From: Octopus vulgaris
Taxonomy: Eukaryota
NCBI GenBank assembly: GCA_951406725.2
Contig: OX597816.1
Coordinates: 3,720,001-3,784,000 of the forward strand
Length of the DNA: 64,000 nucleotides
Direction of reading: 5' to 3'
The position numbers and the translations under genes are program-made. Within the stretch, counting starts at the first letter, position 1, and each line of letters starts with the position of its first letter. A model generated the notes under the pieces. That model saw nothing but the letters and a program-made list of their open reading frames with translations, had not been told where the DNA came from and did not search any database. Shown here piece by piece: positions 60,801 through 64,000 of this stretch.

Positions 60801-61168
60801 TCTTTTACTTGTTTCAGTCATTTTGACTGCGGCCATGCTGGAGCACTGCCTTTAATCGAGCAACTCGACCCCGCGACTTATTCTTTTGTAAGCCCAGTAC
60901 TTATTCTATCGGTCTCTTTTGCCAAACTGCTAAGTGACGGGGACGTAAACACACCAGCATCGGTTGTCAAGCAATGCTAGGGGGGACAAACACACACACA
61001 AACATATATATATCTCTTTCAGTTTCCGTCTACCAAATACACTCACAAGGCATTGGTCGGCTCGGGGCTATAGCAGAAGACACTTGCCCAAGATGCCACG
61101 CAGTGGGACTGAACCCGGAACCATGTGGTTGGTTAGCAAGCTACTTACCGCACAGCCACTCCTGCGCC
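60799..61168 (-). mobile_element. SINE family B, full length
   Basis: Reverse complement of 53795-54186. Confidence 0.9.
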
Positions 61169-61771
61169 TATATTTTTATATATATATATATTGTGTGTGT
61201 GTTTTTAACATAGTACGTCCATAAGGGATGTTATATTAAGAAGGATACCGCAGTAATTGGTCTATCATACGTTGAGTGTGATACATGGCTATTCGTGGTG
61301 GGTATTTTTATGAATGTCGTCAATCGTGCAACGATGCTAATAATATTTCCAATGCTGTCCTGTCTTTGCTGATACGGACAGCGATGTTGCTAGCTGTAAC
61401 AGTTGTTGTGATAGTAATGTAAAGGAGAGCGTATATGTATATTAATAATAACTGGTTAATTGTTTATTAAGTATGATTGATTAAGGACGTGTTGTTTGGA
61501 AACAATTATTATATTGCTATGTCAGACTGTTATGAACGACACTCGTTTTGAAGTGATTGTAGTGTCGGATGGCGGAGACGGAAAAGAGTGAAGGAAATAT
61601 TACGGGAGAGAGAGAGAGAGAGGTAGAGAGAGAGATAGAGAGATAGATAGATAGAGAGAGAGATATAATATCAGAAGAGATTATCCTATGCATCAATCAA
61701 CAGAATGAGGGTGGTCATTAGATTTGGAAGGCTGGGTTGGTATGAGTGAAACTGATTCATCACTCAGTATA

Positions 61772-62149
61772 CAGTAGAACCTCGCAGTACGAGTGTCCCA
61801 TTCAACGAGTTCTTTGCTGTACGAGCCGAGTCCCGTGCCAATTGTTTGTCTTGAAGTACGAGCGGATATCCACAATACGAGCACACAAATCGTCCCAGCT
61901 TTAAGGTTTATTTCAGTTAATAAAACCAGTTTACATATTTCTCTTGTACTCTTTTTATTATAATTGTCACTTTACTTGTAACTACACCTTTTCTGTTTTA
62001 AAACCCATAAAAAATTACTTTTGAGTGTTTTTTGTGGGCCCGGAACGGATTAATTATATTTTAGTTAATTTCAATGAGAAAAATTGATTTGTAAAACGAA
62101 TAAATCATAAGACGAGCTCGATCGTGGAACGAATTAAACTCGTATTGCG

Positions 62150-62152
<3 letters not shown>
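61772..62152. mobile_element. Tigger/pogo-like MITE
   Basis: TA-cagtagaacctcgcagtacgagt at the left end and actcgtattgcga at the right end (partial TIR); no coding capacity. Confidence 0.6.
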
Positions 62153-62201
<49 letters not shown>

Positions 62202-62343
62202 ATCCATCCATCCATCCATCTCCAAACATATAAGAGATGGCTATAATAGGACATCTGACTCACTAGAAAGAGCAGTTAAACTCCAAACCACTAATAGTTG
62301 TAATTCTGAAATGGAAAGAGAAATAAAAACGTTTACCCTCTCC

Positions 62344-62405
62344 TTTCTGGACTATGCATAGTTTCGGCAATTATTTACCATTGGCGTTGCCATCTTCAGC
62401 AGAAA
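62344..62405 (-). ncRNA. Type I hammerhead ribozyme, fully canonical core
   Basis: Minus strand tttctg-CTGAAGA-t-GGCAA-(16 nt)-TTGCC-GAAA-CTATGCATAG-TC-cagaaa: 6-bp stem I, 5-bp stem II, 12-nt palindrome ACTATGCATAGT as stem III, GUC site (predicted cut between 62350 and 62349). Confidence 0.88.
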
Positions 62406-62511
62406 ACCAAGGCTAGCATATATATATGTATATATTTATAATGTAGTGATGCTGATTATAAATAGATTCAATTATTACAACTCGGTAGAAATCCAATTTG
62501 CTTTATCCTTT

Positions 62512-62842
62512 ATCTTTTGCTTCAGTCATTTCAATGCGGCTATGCTGGGGCACCACCTTGAAGGACTTTAGTTGAACAAATTTTCTTTTCTTTCATCCTG
62601 ACACATATTTTATCGATCATTTCTATCCAACCGATAATGTTACAGCGACGTAAACACATCAAGCAGTGGTCACACACATACACGACGAGCTTCTTTCAGT
62701 TTCCGTCTACTAAATCCACTCACAAGGCTTTGGTCGACCCGAAGTTGTAGTGGATGGCACTTGCTGAAGGTTCCACGCAGTGGGACTGAACCCCGATACT
62801 TGTGGTTAGGAAACAAGCTTCTTACCGCACACAGGCACGCCT
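62512..62842 (-). mobile_element. SINE family B
   Basis: ttctttcagtttccgtctactaaatccactcacaaggctttggtcg...ccacgcagtgggactgaacc. Confidence 0.85.
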
Positions 62843-63359
62843 GAAAGACTTTTCACTTTTATCTTATAATGTAAGAACAAAGTAACAGAAAGTAACGCAC
62901 ACACACACACAAGATGGCGAGTTTTGATGATATCAGCCGAAAGGTTAAAATTTTTGCTATACACAGTTGTGTGAATGGGTGAGAGAGTAAGGAGAAAGAC
63001 AGAGAGAAAAAGAGAGAGGGTGAGTGAGAGAGCTTTTCCATTACGTTAAAAGAAATTGTATGAATAGAAGAAAGATGATATTTTAGTATGTTTTTAGCTA
63101 ATTCTTTGGATTGCAGAGATTTACTTTTTGTAATGGAATGTAATTAAACACTCCAGTCAGTAGTGTACACGTGTTGTATGTGTTCTTAAACCTTTATATC
63201 ATTTAAGAAATTGTGTTCTCATTTAACCCCAGGTCGGTTCCAACAGAACAGACTATCGGTGAAAAGCATCCCGGCAATGATTATGCTTCTAATACAATAT
63301 TAACCGGTGTAGTTTTGGTTATTTTAATTGTCTGTACGATGTAATTAAAGATAAAATTA

Positions 63360-63870
63360 CCGTAAATCCTTGAGTATAATCCGCATTTTTTCCCCAAAAT
63401 TTAAAGGTCAAAATCCCTAGTGCGTACTATATACGAGGTTAAAACTGAAAAATATTTTCTAAGCAATGTCTGAGTCTCTATTTGCTGTCTAGGAATGTTT
63501 ATTCAGACGCATTTTGTGATGTTGGGTGCGAAAATACCTTAAGCTAAACCTGAAAGCAATGAAGTCATAAAAGAATCATCCATAACTTGCAGTAAGCAAC
63601 ATTTATTAAACGTTATTACTGTTATTTCTTTATTTTCTGCAAACAAAATGCACAAAATAGCTACATCTTTGCATCATGTTATATATACAATAATAATAAA
63701 GGACGTTACTGTATACATTTTTACAAACCAAGGACGTTATATAGACCTCCTTGGCTCAAGTTAGAGAAGGGGTGCGTATTATACACAAGGTTTAGGTTTT
63801 TCAGAGGTACAGTCCCTAAAAATCCCCTGCGTATTATACTCAAGGGTGGACTATACTCGAGGATTTATGG
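63360..63870. mobile_element. Tc2/pogo-like MITE
   Basis: TIRs ccgtaaatccttgagtata / tatactcgaggatttatgg with TA on both sides; subterminal gcgtattatac repeats. Confidence 0.8.
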
Positions 63871-64000
63871 TAAGTTGCTGCTATTTCTACCAATGAAATG
63901 ACCATGTGAGGCCCACTAACCTTGAGATGCAATAAGGACTAACGTTTTTTGGTTGGGATATTTGCCGAACAGGACAATTTGGTTGGTCTTGTATCTTAAA

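Overview
AT-rich, repeat-saturated eukaryotic (animal) genomic DNA with no confidently identifiable host protein-coding gene. The microsatellite load and the tRNA-derived SINE families suggest a cephalopod, probably Octopus (inference, not verified). Nearly all listed ORFs are microsatellite or SINE read-throughs. Recognisable content: decayed mariner, Tc1 and maT-like DNA transposons, Tc2-like and Tigger-like MITEs, Helitron-like non-autonomous elements, L1/Tx1, RTE and CR1 LINE relics, Penelope-like element (PLE) relics with GIY-YIG remnants, and three abundant SINE families. The main hidden signal is an unusually dense set of type I hammerhead-ribozyme (HHR) motifs: about 10 with recognisable cores and stems and about 8 degenerate ones, from many unrelated sequence families. 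Many sit at or near the apex of long inverted repeats embedded in (TA)n tracts. The most striking case (37.5-38.5 kb) is a ~513-bp tandem unit that joins a tRNA-derived Pol III head, a hammerhead and the N-terminus of a Penelope ORF, i.e. a candidate PLE-dependent SINE/retrozyme. Other notable observations are an HHR with a compensatory G3-C8 core swap and SINE multimers bounded by a single TSD. All folds and coordinates were read by eye and need computational confirmation.
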